A DNA stretch of 64,000 nucleotides from an uncultured Nitrososphaerota archaeon (GCA_963799845.1 CAWCYI010000004.1:384001-448000); one strand, 5' to 3'. Counted from the stretch's first letter, positions 29,530 to 40,055 are shown. Made by a program: numbers and translations. Notes: generated from the letters alone by a model not told the origin.

Positions 29530-31095
29530 CTAGAGTTGAATATTCCCGTGTTTTTTTGCCGGGCGCTGTTCATTCTTTTCGGAGAGAACTTTCAACGCTC
29601 TCGTGATCTGAGTTCTTGTTTCCCTCGGCATAATCACCCCGTCGATAATTCCCCTTTCGGCCGCGATGAACGGGTTGACGAACTTATCAGCGTAATCCGC
29701 TACGAGTTTGGACTTGAATGACTCGCCCGGATTTGATTCTAGATCGCTCCTGAAGATTATCGCCACTGCTCCCTCGGGACCCATGACTGCAAGTTGGGCA
29801 GAGGGCCAAGCGAAGTTCAAATCCGATCTGGAGTACTTGCTTCCCATCGCGCAATATGCACCGCCGTAAGCTTTCCTCACGACTATCGTTATTTTTGGGA
29901 TCGTAGCCTCGCAGTAGGCATAGAGCAATTTCGAGCCGTGCCTGATGATTCCTCCCGACTCTTGTTCGGGACCTGGCATGTACCCGGGTACGTCCACAAA
30001 TGTAATGACGGGAATGTTGAAAGAATCGCAAAATCGGATAAATCTGGCCGCCTTGTTCGATGAATCAATGTCAAGAGCTCCAGCAAGCTGCATGGGTTGA
30101 TTTGCCACGACTCCAACGGTTCTCCCGTTCATTCTGGCAAGCCCGACTATGATATTTGGTGCCCAGTGCGAATGAACCTCGAGGAAATCATGCTCATCCA
30201 CGATCTCAGAAATCACATTCTTCATGTCGTACGGCTTGTTTGAGTCCAGAGGTATCAAGGCGTCCAGAATATCATTTGAACGTTCTGGGCTATCGGACAC
30301 TTCGATTTTCGGGGGAAATTCTGAATTGTTAGACGGAAGGAAAGAAAGTAGTTTTTTTATTCCTTCGAAACACTCGTCTTCGTTATTGGAGACGAAATGT
30401 GCCACCCCGCTTTTGGTCGCGTGGACTTCTGCTCCTCCGAGCTCCTCAAAAGTCACTTCCTGTCCCAAGGCGGCCTTTACCACATCCGGACCAGTTATGA
30501 ACATGTGACTCGTCCCTTCGACCATGAATACAAAATCAGTCATAGCCGGTGAGTAAACCGCCCCTCCCGCGCACGGTCCCAAAATAGCCGAGATCTGAGG
30601 GATCACTCCTGATGCGAGCGTGTTGCGAAAGAAAATTTCGCTATAGGCAGCCAAGCTCTGCACGCCCTCTTGAATTCTGGCTCCCCCCGAATCGTTCAAT
30701 CCGATGAAAGGGGCTCCGGCCTTAATCGACAGATCCATCACGTTGTTGATCTTCTTGCCAAACATCTCTCCGAGCGAACCCCCGAAAACGGTGAAATCGT
30801 GAGAGAAAAGAAATACAGTCCTGCCTTCAATAGTTCCGTATCCTGTGACCACCCCATCCCCGTAGAATTTTTCGGTCGATTTGCCATTCTGTTCCGATCT
30901 GCTAACCACGAACTTGTCAATCTCCACAAAAGAACCCTCGTCGAGCAAGGCCTCGATCCTTTCGCGGGCGGTTTTCTTTCCCTTCCGATGCTGAGCGTCA
31001 ATTCGAGCCTGACCTCCACCCAGGTCGGCGGATTTGTTCATCAGGTCGAGCTGATTTGTGACACGCTCGTTCGGTTTCAGAATCTTGTCTTCCAA
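29530..31095 (-). CDS. pccB: Acetyl/propionyl-CoA carboxylase carboxyltransferase subunit
   Basis: DSGGARIQEG, GPCAGGAVYSP, DVPGY, AYGGAY, KKHGNI. Confidence 0.93.
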   Translation of the reverse strand: MEDKILKPNERVTNQLDLMNKSADLGGGQARIDAQHRKGKKTARERIEALLDEGSFVEIDKFVVSRSEQNGKSTEKFYGDGVVTGYGTIEGRTVFLFSHDFTVFGGSLGEMFGKKINNVMDLSIKAGAPFIGLNDSGGARIQEGVQSLAAYSEIFFRNTLASGVIPQISAILGPCAGGAVYSPAMTDFVFMVEGTSHMFITGPDVVKAALGQEVTFEELGGAEVHATKSGVAHFVSNNEDECFEGIKKLLSFLPSNNSEFPPKIEVSDSPERSNDILDALIPLDSNKPYDMKNVISEIVDEHDFLEVHSHWAPNIIVGLARMNGRTVGVVANQPMQLAGALDIDSSNKAARFIRFCDSFNIPVITFVDVPGYMPGPEQESGGIIRHGSKLLYAYCEATIPKITIVVRKAYGGAYCAMGSKYSRSDLNFAWPSAQLAVMGPEGAVAIIFRSDLESNPGESFKSKLVADYADKFVNPFIAAERGIIDGVIMPRETRTQITRALKVLSEKNEQRPAKKHGNIQL

Positions 31096-31282
31096 TTTGT
31101 ATTTTGCGGTTTCTGCACTCGCGCTTTAAGTTGTTCTTCAAGCACAGTAATCGTTGACTTTTTGACGAACCAGGCGGACATCCTCTGGCAAGAGAATCCG
31201 ATCTTAGTATGTGGAATTATCCAATGGATGCACCAAATCAGGCTTAAGTACCTCAGCACGAATCACTGCAAGCGCACAAACG

Positions 31283-31519
31283 ATGTCTGAAGAGGCAGTA
31301 ACTGTGACAAAGAAAGGACAAGTTACAATTCCTGCAAGATTCAGAAAACAATTCAAGATCAAAGAGGGTACCAAATTGCTGATTACTCAGGGGGAAAATG
31401 TGATGATTGTTCGACCACTTCCCGACATTGATGATTTGCTGGGAATTTTTTCCGGAAAAATCGCCCTCGCTGAAATTCGAAATGAATTGGATCAGATGCG
31501 AAAACAAGACAGGTACTAG
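31283..31519 (+). CDS. AbrB/VapB antitoxin
   Basis: VTKKGQVTIPARFRKQFKIKEG. Confidence 0.9.
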   Translation: MSEEAVTVTKKGQVTIPARFRKQFKIKEGTKLLITQGENVMIVRPLPDIDDLLGIFSGKIALAEIRNELDQMRKQDRY

Positions 31520-31525
31520 ATCCCG

Positions 31526-31924
31526 ATGGTTCGGATTGTTGATACTAGATTTCTTCTCCTGCACCTCCTCGCTGACACCGATGATCTGAAAGCTAGAGCT
31601 CGCTCCAAAATGGTTGAGCTGCGACAGGAAGGGGCCATAGTACCAACGATTGTCCTCCACGAAATGTACAAGCTCGTATTCCAAAAGTTTGGAAGGGACA
31701 CTGCGGACACCCAGCTAAAGTCGATTGAAACATCCGGGCTTAAAGTAGAGGATCTTACAGTGGACATTGCGAGAATTGCAGCTGTATTGCGTAGCAAGTA
31801 TCTCGACTTGCCAGTTGCAAACTCGATAATCGCAGCAACTTCAATTGTCAAAGGCTCCAAGATCGTGTTTTCTGACGACGAACAGTTCGCAAAAGTGAAA
31901 GAAATTAGGACGGAATGGATCTGA
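31526..31924 (+). CDS. vapC: VapC PIN-domain toxin
   Basis: IVDT, LHE, SIIAAT, FSDD; paired with AbrB. Confidence 0.88.
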   Translation: MVRIVDTRFLLLHLLADTDDLKARARSKMVELRQEGAIVPTIVLHEMYKLVFQKFGRDTADTQLKSIETSGLKVEDLTVDIARIAAVLRSKYLDLPVANSIIAATSIVKGSKIVFSDDEQFAKVKEIRTEWI

Positions 31925-31963
31925 GCGAGGATATAGTCCTGCTCTCCATGAGCTGCTGGAAAG

Positions 31964-32770
31964 ATGGATTTTCTGTTTAACTACCGGAAATATCGCTGCT
32001 TTATCGTCGCCGCTGTTTTGTATTCGATCCTAGCTTTACTCCTTATTCACTACTTTCGATTCAAATCACCACATCTGACGTGCCGGTAAACATCAACCAA
32101 GCGGATTCGTACCTCCTCAAAGGAGTAAATCCGTACGGTCAAAATTACACCATTGATGTTAGGTCAAATCCATACGATGCCAGTGAGAACGACATAGAGA
32201 CTGTGAGTATTTTGCAGTATCCACCGGCAATGGTGCTTTACTACTTCCCCTTTTACTTGATGGGGGACATTCGCTACGGCAATCTGCTGGCAGACATCGT
32301 GATCTATTTGCTGATCTTGCTATATTTCAAAGGTAGAGACTTTGAGAGCAAGTTTGCCTATCTTTTCCTGTTCAATGGACTGAATCTCATCTCCAACTTC
32401 GTTTATGGCGCAAACGACATCGTAGCAGGTCTTTTTGCCGGGATTGCCCATCTATTTTCTGAATAGAAGGGAAAAACTGTCTGCGCTGAGTTATGGCATC
32501 AGCCTCATGACTAAGCAACTTTCCATACTGCTGATTCCATATTTTATTCTGAAGGCAACGCAGAGAATCAAATTTCTTTTCATCGTATTCCTTGTCGGTG
32601 TGTTGATTATTCTCCCTTTTTCCCCGCATGTCATTTATGATACAATCTTTGGAATATTTTACAGACGGGTTCCACTTCTATCGTATAACCTCGTTTTCTA
32701 TCCGTTCTTCTTTATGCCAGTCTTGGATTGGTTTGCGAACAAGAGAAAAAGGCGAGTCAATCCTATTTGA
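31964..32770 (+). pseudogene. GT-C/GT87-like membrane glycosyltransferase with two frameshifts (~32060, ~32448)
   Basis: GVNPY, QYPP, GANDIV, TKQ motifs over three frames; multi-TM. Confidence 0.6.
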
Positions 32771-32776
32771 TCCGAG

Positions 32777-33714
32777 TTAGTCCTCAATCTGGATTTTGGG
32801 TGCTTTCACTTCAGAACCTGCATCGTTCTTTACGAGCCGGCTGCTTATCACTATCGCGCCAAATGCTACAGCGGCCCCACCGATCAAATCAATTAGATAG
32901 TGCTGTCCGAGATAGAGTGTTGAGAAAAGTATGCCGACCGTAATCGGTATTGCAAAAAGGCCGTAGGTGTGTTTCAACTTTGTCATGTAGAACCCAAACA
33001 GGATCGCATAAGCCGCATGTAAGCTGGGGAAAGCGGCAAATTTGTCTGAAACAAACGACTTCGTTGCATTGTCTACCGCGGTAATCGCCGGAGCCAGATT
33101 CGAAGGAACTGCAGCAGGTTTCGTCAGCAGATTAACAGCGACACCGAGTTACCACGGCGGGGAAGTCGGAACCAAGAGAAAGATCATCAAAGAAACATAA
33201 GAGGAAATCACAAGCGCGGAGACATACCTTTTGAATAGAATCTTTCGCGAATACCAGAGAGTTATCGCCAGTATCGCGACTAGGGCGAAGTGCAGGCTGT
33301 AGAAGAATGTCGAAAGATCGGTCACGATGTTCGAATAGAAGGCGTTCTGGATTGTCCCGGTTAGATTAAAGCCCCAGAGCTTCTCGTCGATGGAGTAAAT
33401 AGAAAACACTCCCCTGGAAGCAGCCAGAGAACCCGCTATTCCCTGAAGAGCCTCGTAAGAGAGCAAGAGAACCAGAAACGGAACCCAGTCTTTGATGTAC
33501 TCCTTCGTCTTCCCCAGCACAAAGGTCACAGGAATCAGGGCAAGCGAGATTATTCCCAGCGTAGACTGGAGCATTACTCCAAAGTACACGTAGCTCACTA
33601 GAACGATGCTGAAGTAACCGGCGATTAGCAAAAGGTAAACGTTGTATAGAATCCATACGAGTTTTTCCAGAGTCGAGACACTACCCTCCTTCTGACACCC
33701 GGATGGACGATCAT
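32777..33714 (-). pseudogene. PAP2/AUR1-like phosphatase/phosphotransferase with an in-frame TAA (33149-33151) and a probable frameshift at ~33664
   Basis: PTSPPW*...AAFPSLHAA...LYLGQHYLIDLIGG continues in frame across the stop. Confidence 0.75.
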
Positions 33715-33917
33715 CTTACCTGCCAATTTCAGAGGCCCTCAAAAAATGAAAAAAATGTTTAGAAATCGGATATAAAAACCCAAAAACTTCTTTTTGATTT
33801 TAGATTTGAAGAGGATATTATTTGGGAAGGCTGGGATTTTCGAAAAGTTTGGGGTTTTCGCTTTCCAAAGCTAAACTAGTTTAGGTCGGTCATTATCCTT
33901 AGGACTAAGTTAACCAA

Positions 33918-34220
33918 ATGAACGATAGAGCTGCAAAATACGCAGCGATGAAGAGGGCTTCCTCGGCCAAGAAGTCGGGCCCGTTGTTGATCGCATACGT
34001 TTCAAGAACCCCTACGGGCAAAGTACGATTGCGCAAGATCGGCATAAGATTTGAAGGACAGAAGGAAGAGATCGTGGCAGATTTGCGTCTCGACGACCCG
34101 CATCTCGCGCTTGAAAATGATTACAAGGTGAGAAAAGCTGCGCACGAGATTGTCAAAAAATCTGCAAAGTTCGGCAGGTTCTTTGATTCAAGTACAAGGA
34201 TTTCCTATGATACCAGATAG
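33918..34220 (+). CDS. Hypothetical basic protein
   Basis: Clean ATG ORF filling the gap; no recognised motif. Confidence 0.55.
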   Translation: MNDRAAKYAAMKRASSAKKSGPLLIAYVSRTPTGKVRLRKIGIRFEGQKEEIVADLRLDDPHLALENDYKVRKAAHEIVKKSAKFGRFFDSSTRISYDTR

Positions 34221-34227
34221 AAAACTT

Positions 34228-35061
34228 CTAGCTTTCGGAATTCGATCGGTCTTGCGTTGGAAGTTTCTTGAAGAACGCACCGTACTTGTCTTGTTGGATC
34301 AACTTTTCTTTAGCCAGTCGGATGCAACTGGCTTCTAGGTCATCGGGATCGAGGCTAGCTCCGTAAGTCTCCTCCAAATCCCTTTCAAGCTGAAAGAAGC
34401 CCTTCCACTTCATATCACCCAACGATTCCAAGACCTTGGAATCCAGTTGATCCCAACTCGGACTAGATTGCACCATCTCCTCTTGCTCCGTTTTCACCTC
34501 GGAAACAGCGGCGTCCTCTATTTGGAGAACCCACTCGTTGATCGCGTTTTGAGCCTCAGCCAAATTGCGTGGTCTGTTCTTTTGAAGAAATTCTGTTTTG
34601 GTGGTAGAGGGACTGTCAGCCGGATTGTGCCACACAACGTTGAGCGACTGTCTGAGAATTCCTCTGTTACCGGCAGCGGTTACGACCTGATCAAGGGGTA
34701 TCGAAAGGGCATCGGGCCTGTCTAGCATTTTTTGTATATCCTCATCCTCAGGTTTCTCCTGCCCTGCGACAAACACCAGTCTACGGTTCGTAAGGAAAAG
34801 TGTCCCCTCCAGAATGGTGAGTGAGTTTCTGCAGATAACGTTCTCTTGCGTCCTGACCACATTTTCCTTCTTGGTGCCTGAAAGGCTTTGACTCGGGACA
34901 TTTTCCATGGAAATTTCGTTTGAGGTGCTTCTCGGTTGTTCTCTCAGCACCGGTCCAGAGGTGAGTTGGTCTTCGTAAATGTATCCGCAATAGGAACAAG
35001 TTTGGGAAGAGGGGTCCCGGCTCGTACCACACATCGGACACACTGAAAGTCTGGCGGGCAA
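34228..35061 (-). CDS. Zinc-ribbon + PH/GRAM-like + C-terminal winged-helix-like protein
   Basis: CPMC-x10-CSYC; GTLFLTNRRLVFV; helical C-terminus ending LAKEKLIQQDKYGAFF. Confidence 0.6.
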   Translation of the reverse strand: MPARLSVCPMCGTSRDPSSQTCSYCGYIYEDQLTSGPVLREQPRSTSNEISMENVPSQSLSGTKKENVVRTQENVICRNSLTILEGTLFLTNRRLVFVAGQEKPEDEDIQKMLDRPDALSIPLDQVVTAAGNRGILRQSLNVVWHNPADSPSTTKTEFLQKNRPRNLAEAQNAINEWVLQIEDAAVSEVKTEQEEMVQSSPSWDQLDSKVLESLGDMKWKGFFQLERDLEETYGASLDPDDLEASCIRLAKEKLIQQDKYGAFFKKLPTQDRSNSES

Positions 35062-35168
35062 ACGTAAGGTCTTGATTCAGATGGCATTTTCATTCTTTCG
35101 GAGCCCATCCTCGCTCGATCGTTTATAAAATCGTAAAAGCGAAATCTGGAGGATCCAAAGCGTATCAA

Positions 35169-35789
35169 TTGGGACTCGCAAGATTGCTGGATGAGGAGAA
35201 GGATCTCAAGGAGTTGTTGAGTCACAAAAGACTCCGAAGGCTCCTGGTGAGCAATCCAGTCATCCTTGAGTCTGTTGATTCGACGCAGTCATACGCCGCC
35301 AACGAGCTAGAGAGCAATCGTGAAGGCGATGTGGTGATAAGTAAGGTACAAACGGCCGGGAAGGGCCGAGAAGGTAGAACATGGAACTCTCAGAAAGGAG
35401 GCCTTTGGATGACGATAATCCTTCTCCCTCACTCCACTGAAGTCGTCGGAAATATCCCGACCATTGCGACAGAATCAATTGTGAAGACGTTTCGAGATTT
35501 TGGAATCGCAAATTGTAAGATCAAGCCACCTAACGATGTGTTCTGCAACGGGAGAAAAATTGCGGGTGTCCTGGCTGATGGAGTTATCCAGGGTACGAAA
35601 TCGATTGTCTATCTCGGAATGGGAATGAATGTCAACAATGACCCCTCTGAAATTGGGATGATTTCTGAAACCGCAACGAGTCTTTCGAGGGAGACCGGGC
35701 GCAAAGAGAATTTGACGAAATTTGCCGCGATGCTGATTGAGAACTTAGATCGAGAATATGATGAAGATATTCTCGGCGAAAAAGTTTGA
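35169..35789 (+). CDS. birA: Biotin-protein ligase
   Basis: DSTQ, QTAGKGREGRTW, KPPND, RKIAGVL, GMGMNV. Confidence 0.93.
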   Translation: MGLARLLDEEKDLKELLSHKRLRRLLVSNPVILESVDSTQSYAANELESNREGDVVISKVQTAGKGREGRTWNSQKGGLWMTIILLPHSTEVVGNIPTIATESIVKTFRDFGIANCKIKPPNDVFCNGRKIAGVLADGVIQGTKSIVYLGMGMNVNNDPSEIGMISETATSLSRETGRKENLTKFAAMLIENLDREYDEDILGEKV

Positions 35790-36187
35790 AGCTCAATAGT
35801 AAATATATCAGTTGTCTGACCTGAACCCGTCTTTCTTGAAACTCTTGAACCTTTCAGGCCTGCGGGTACAAAACTACCCGACCTAGGGGCCATTCCAGTA
35901 AATCTACTGAAGATGTCAAAAGTAACTCCTCTACTTTACAGTGGCATTAGAATTTGGCCGAAGAGCTCGTTTCAAGCCCTTCGGTACGCAGAATTGCACT
36001 GTTGCGCACGTATGCAAAATTTGCATAATAAATCAATGAAATGAATCAATTGCTACAGGAAGTACGATTGGCGAACAGGTACAGCAAGAGGAAAAGACCT
36101 GCGGACCTCCTTTACTCGATTTTCACAAATCCACTGATTGGACCAAGAAAGCAATGCGACTCACTCGCAATTGCATCTAAACGTGAA

Positions 36188-36346
36188 TTAGGGATCGTGT
36201 TTAGTGCATTCCACATGCGTGACGTGATCAGTCTGTTCGCATCTTCCAAGCTCGTCGTTTTCGCTGAATTGGACAAGGCAATGAGTGCAGTAGGTATCCC
36301 TGTCAGCGTTGAATTCTGAACTCGACCGATATTCTTTGTACTTCAA
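36188..36346 (-). CDS. 52-aa Cys/His zinc-finger microprotein (RING/PHD-like half domain); not in the ORF track
   Basis: TTG start; CTHC-x12-C-x4-H-x2-H-x2-C; BRE/TATA GAGAAA-TATTAATT ~28 nt upstream. Confidence 0.55.
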   Translation of the reverse strand: MKYKEYRSSSEFNADRDTYCTHCLVQFSENDELGRCEQTDHVTHVECTKHDP

Positions 36347-36504
36347 ATGTAACCGAGCTTATTACTTCTCGCAAATTAATATTTCTCGAAGAAACGATAT
36401 CAAACTGCCTGCCCGACACCGTTTTTGTAGCTCGGAAAACCACAACCGAAAAATACGCGATGGGAGATTATTGAGTCTGCAAGAATTGGAGACCTCTTTG
36501 TAAA

Positions 36505-38259
36505 ATGACTGATGAATCTTACTGGATTACTAAACTGAAAGAAATTGAAAGGAGGAGGAGCGCGTCTCGAGCTGGCAGTTTCGACGAGACAAGGTTGAAC
36601 GCTCTAAAGGAGAGTGTGAAAAACTGGGAAAAGACAATTCTTGCCCCATATCTGACGGAGACTCCCGAAAGGAAAGAGGTTTTCGAAAATCTCTCCGGCA
36701 TCCCATTGAAGAGGATTTACACACCAGCTGATACTGAAAATCACGATTACAACAAGGACCTTAATATGCCCGGCGAGTTTCCCTACACTCGCGGAGTTTA
36801 CCCTACGATGTATCGGGGCAGGCAATGGACAATGAGGATGTTTTCAGGTTTCGGCACGGCTGTCCAGACAAATAAGAGATTGAAGTATCTTCTGAAGGAA
36901 GGCGAAACGGGACTCTCGATAGCGTTTGATATGCCCACGCTCTATGGTTACGATGCCGACAGCGACAGGGCGGAGGGGGAGGTGGGAAAGTGCGGCGTCT
37001 CAGTCTCATCCCTTGAAGACATGGAGACAATCTTTGACTCGATCCCGCTGGATAAGGTGAGTACGTCGATGACGATCAACGCGCCAGCCGCTGTCTTGAC
37101 CGCAATGTATGCGGCGGTCGGAGAGAAGCAGGGTGTTCCGCTCGACAAGTTACGCGGAACGGTTCAGACCGATATTCTGAAGGAATACATCGCGCAGAAG
37201 GAGTGGGCCTTTCCGCCGGACGCGCATTTGAGAATTATCAGGGACCTGATGATTTTCTGCACCGACAAGATGCCCCTGTGGCACTACATCAGTATCTCCG
37301 GATACCACATCAGAGAAGCTGGGGCTAGCGCGGTTCAGGAACTTGCTTTCACCCTGGCTGACGGGTTTTCTTACGTTGAACTCGGCAAAAACGCCGGCCT
37401 CGATGTTGACTCGTTCGTTCCCCGCTTTTCGTTCTTCTTCAACTGCGACATGGATTTCTTCGAAGAGATTGCAAAGTTTAGGGCAGCAAGACGAATCTGG
37501 TCGAAGGTGATGAAGGAAAAATACGAGGCAAAGAATCCCAGATCCATGATGCTTCGTTTTCACACCCAAACATCCGGAGTCTCACTCACCTGGCAGCAGC
37601 CGTTGAACAATATCATCCGCACGACTATCGAGGCTCTGGCCGCGATTTTAGGTGGAACGCAGTCCCTCCACACCAATTCATACGACGAAGCCTGGGCTCT
37701 GCCCACCCAGGACGCGGTCACGGTAGCGCTGAGGACGCAGCAGATAATCGCAGAGGAGACCGGCGTATCCGACGTTATCGATCCCCTCGGCGGCTCGTAT
37801 TACCTGGAGTGGCTCACGAACCAAATGGAGGAGCAGGCATACCGATATTTCGAGAAAATTTACCAGATAGGCGGAGTACTCGAAGCTATCAAACAGGGTT
37901 ACATTCAGAGAGAAATTGCAAATACTTCGTATCGTAAGACGCAGGAGCTGGAATCCGGCGAGAGGTCTGTGGTCGGTGTAAACAAGTACGAAGTCAACGA
38001 AGAAAAGCCGATTGATTACCTGAAAGTTAACCAGGCACTTCGGAGGAAGGCGATGACAAAATTGCGCTCTCTCAGGAGGTCCCGCGACGAAGTACGGGTC
38101 AGGAGGAATTTGGAAGTTTTGAGAAAGGCGTTCGAAGACCCAGATGCCAACTCTATGTATCCGATCCTCGAGGCGGTCAAATCATACGCGACGCTTCAGG
38201 AGATAATGGATGTAGGACGACAGGTATTTGGCGGATGGAAAGAACCCATCATTGCTTAA
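36505..38259 (+). CDS. icmA: Acyl-CoA mutase large subunit, isobutyryl-CoA mutase type
   Basis: WTMRMFSGF (Phe in place of MCM Tyr) and [14 protein letters not shown] (Gln in place of Arg). Confidence 0.75.
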   Translation: MTDESYWITKLKEIERRRSASRAGSFDETRLNALKESVKNWEKTILAPYLTETPERKEVFENLSGIPLKRIYTPADTENHDYNKDLNMPGEFPYTRGVYPTMYRGRQWTMRMFSGFGTAVQTNKRLKYLLKEGETGLSIAFDMPTLYGYDADSDRAEGEVGKCGVSVSSLEDMETIFDSIPLDKVSTSMTINAPAAVLTAMYAAVGEKQGVPLDKLRGTVQTDILKEYIAQKEWAFPPDAHLRIIRDLMIFCTDKMPLWHYISISGYHIREAGASAVQELAFTLADGFSYVELGKNAGLDVDSFVPRFSFFFNCDMDFFEEIAKFRAARRIWSKVMKEKYEAKNPRSMMLRFHTQTSGVSLTWQQPLNNIIRTTIEALAAILGGTQSLHTNSYDEAWALPTQDAVTVALRTQQIIAEETGVSDVIDPLGGSYYLEWLTNQMEEQAYRYFEKIYQIGGVLEAIKQGYIQREIANTSYRKTQELESGERSVVGVNKYEVNEEKPIDYLKVNQALRRKAMTKLRSLRRSRDEVRVRRNLEVLRKAFEDPDANSMYPILEAVKSYATLQEIMDVGRQVFGGWKEPIIA

Positions 38260-38302
38260 CAATATGCCCAAATAACTGCCTTGATGATCTAGGTCAGAAC
38301 AA

Positions 38303-38854
38303 ATGTCAACCACTCAATTGCTGGATGACGGTTTAGGCACCAGTCGGGATTCAGCGCTCGGCAGAAGAATAAGAATTCTAGTGGCGAAGCCTGGTCTTGA
38401 TGGCCACGATCGCGGCGCGCTGGTTCTATCGCGGGCTTTTCGAGACGCTGGAATGGAAGTAGTCTATTCCGGCCTGCTTCCGACCCCCGAACAGGTGGCC
38501 CAGATGGCGGTTGACGAAGATGTCGATATAGTTGCGCTCAGCCTGCTCAACGGAGCTCACATGACGGCCTTTCCCAAAGTTGTTCGTTTCCTGAAAGAAA
38601 AGGGTGGCAAGGATATTCTGGTCGTGGGCGGTGGAATAATTCCTGATACGGACAAACCAAAGCTTGAGAAGATGGGAATTACTGGAAATTTTGGTCCCGG
38701 CACCTCTCTGAAGACTATAGTCGAATTCATCAAAGATTCTGTTTCGAAGAACAGAGCAAGACTAGCGAAGGTAGAAAAGAAAAATTCCAAGGTAAGAACA
38801 AGAAGTGCAAGTCGAAAAGGTTCGAAGGGCAGGAGCACCAGACGTTCGAGATAA
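38303..38854 (+). CDS. Cobalamin-binding small subunit of acyl-CoA mutase
   Basis: KPGLDGHDRG (DxHxxG), GGIIP, FGPGT. Confidence 0.93.
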   Translation: MSTTQLLDDGLGTSRDSALGRRIRILVAKPGLDGHDRGALVLSRAFRDAGMEVVYSGLLPTPEQVAQMAVDEDVDIVALSLLNGAHMTAFPKVVRFLKEKGGKDILVVGGGIIPDTDKPKLEKMGITGNFGPGTSLKTIVEFIKDSVSKNRARLAKVEKKNSKVRTRSASRKGSKGRSTRRSR

Positions 38855-38921
38855 CTTTGCTGTCGCCGAGAACTCTAGCATCGAATTCTAAAAATTCCTT
38901 CTTCCATTCAGTAGAGAAATT

Positions 38922-39516
38922 TCAATCCTCACGTGCAATTTTTGATACTTTCTTCAGATCATCTTCTAGCAAGGTCCTCAGGGAGCGATTTCGAAAAACC
39001 GAAGCAGGGTGGTAGGTCGGAAACACAGGAATTTCCGATTTTCGCGAGTGTGCAAGTCTGCCATGATTCGGCCCCATTTTCTTCTCTCCGGTGAAGTACT
39101 CGAAGAGCTGTCGCGCCGAGCGTGCAGATAATTTTGGGTTTTAGTATGTCGAGCTGTTTCTCCAGATAGTTCGAAGTACAAATGACGATTTCGTCAGGTT
39201 TTGGCTTTCGATTTTTGGGGGGCCTGCATTTTACGATATTTGTAATGTAAACCTGATTCCTTTCGAGTCCTGCGACTTGCAGGAGTTCATCCAGGAGCTT
39301 TCCCCCTCTCCCAACAAACGGTTTCCCTTGAAGATCCTCGTTTTTACCCGGCCCCTCGCCGATAAAGACTACACTCGGATTCTCGATATTGCCGGAACCC
39401 GGCACTGCTTTTGTTCGGGTCTCACAAAGCCTGCAAAGCATGCACGAGCCGATTTTTTCATCCATCCGCTTCATCAGTCGAGTACCTTTAGAATATTCAC
39501 TTATCACGGGATTCAC
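38922..39516 (-). CDS. Family 4 uracil-DNA glycosylase; one extra base at ~39103
   Basis: C..C.L, GEGPG.NED..GKPFVG, KCRPP; the shifted frame restores PTYHPA. Confidence 0.9.
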
Positions 39517-39733
39517 TTTCCTTTAGGATTAAAGTGCTGGTTTTGTTGTATCTCCTGAAAAATCGGCAGGGCGATAGATATCGCTCAAAGAGTCGGTTGG
39601 CTTCGTCAACGAGTGATTGAGTCCAATAAGAATTAGTCGATTAATCAAGAAAATGCTTTCGATGCTTTCAAGAATCGTTCCCAGATGGAATTCTCACTCG
39701 CAAATTTCTTATGTGCAAATTCGAACAGATATA

Positions 39734-39871
39734 ATGGGCATGAGCAAGCGCAAATCTGTCGGAAAGGAGACTTCTGGTGGCGCTCAAAGAATACTTCAGC
39801 TTTTGGACGCAGAATTTGAGAAGTGGATGGATTCGGTCGAGCGAGCCGGGTTGAAGCTCAAAGCATCCTGA
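39734..39871 (+). CDS. Possible 45-aa microprotein
   Basis: TATA-like TTCTTATG ~25 nt upstream; amphipathic helix. Confidence 0.35.
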   Translation: MGMSKRKSVGKETSGGAQRILQLLDAEFEKWMDSVERAGLKLKAS

Positions 39872-40055
39872 GTGAAGACGGAGCCCTCTGCGCTTTGTCT
39901 GACAGAATGCTTCCGAGTCTCAAAAAGAGAATTCTGAGGCACGCAGAGAAGGATCCCGATGTGATGAACTAGGACATGTACTCCTGTCTAGCATCCTCCA
40001 AATCCGGAAGGAATTGAACTGTGAAATTATTTGAACGTACAAGGCTTGGCCTTCA

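Noticed and set aside
23953-31095. Carboxylase plus MCM as evidence for the 3HP/4HB autotrophic cycle
   Set aside because: No 4-hydroxybutyryl-CoA dehydratase or other diagnostic genes are in the window; the context favours propionyl-CoA catabolism.
18216-33151. Two in-frame TAA codons as possible stop-codon recoding
   Set aside because: Many intact genes here terminate at TAA, and each case is one substitution from a sense codon (Leu, Tyr).
36041-36319. 92-aa plus-strand ORF
   Set aside because: No motifs; the opposite-strand Zn-finger ORF with BRE/TATA is better supported.
39872-40055. Possible sRNA (CTCTGCG/CGCAGAG stem, GTGATGA C-box-like)
   Set aside because: No matching D box and only weak structure; not distinguishable from chance.
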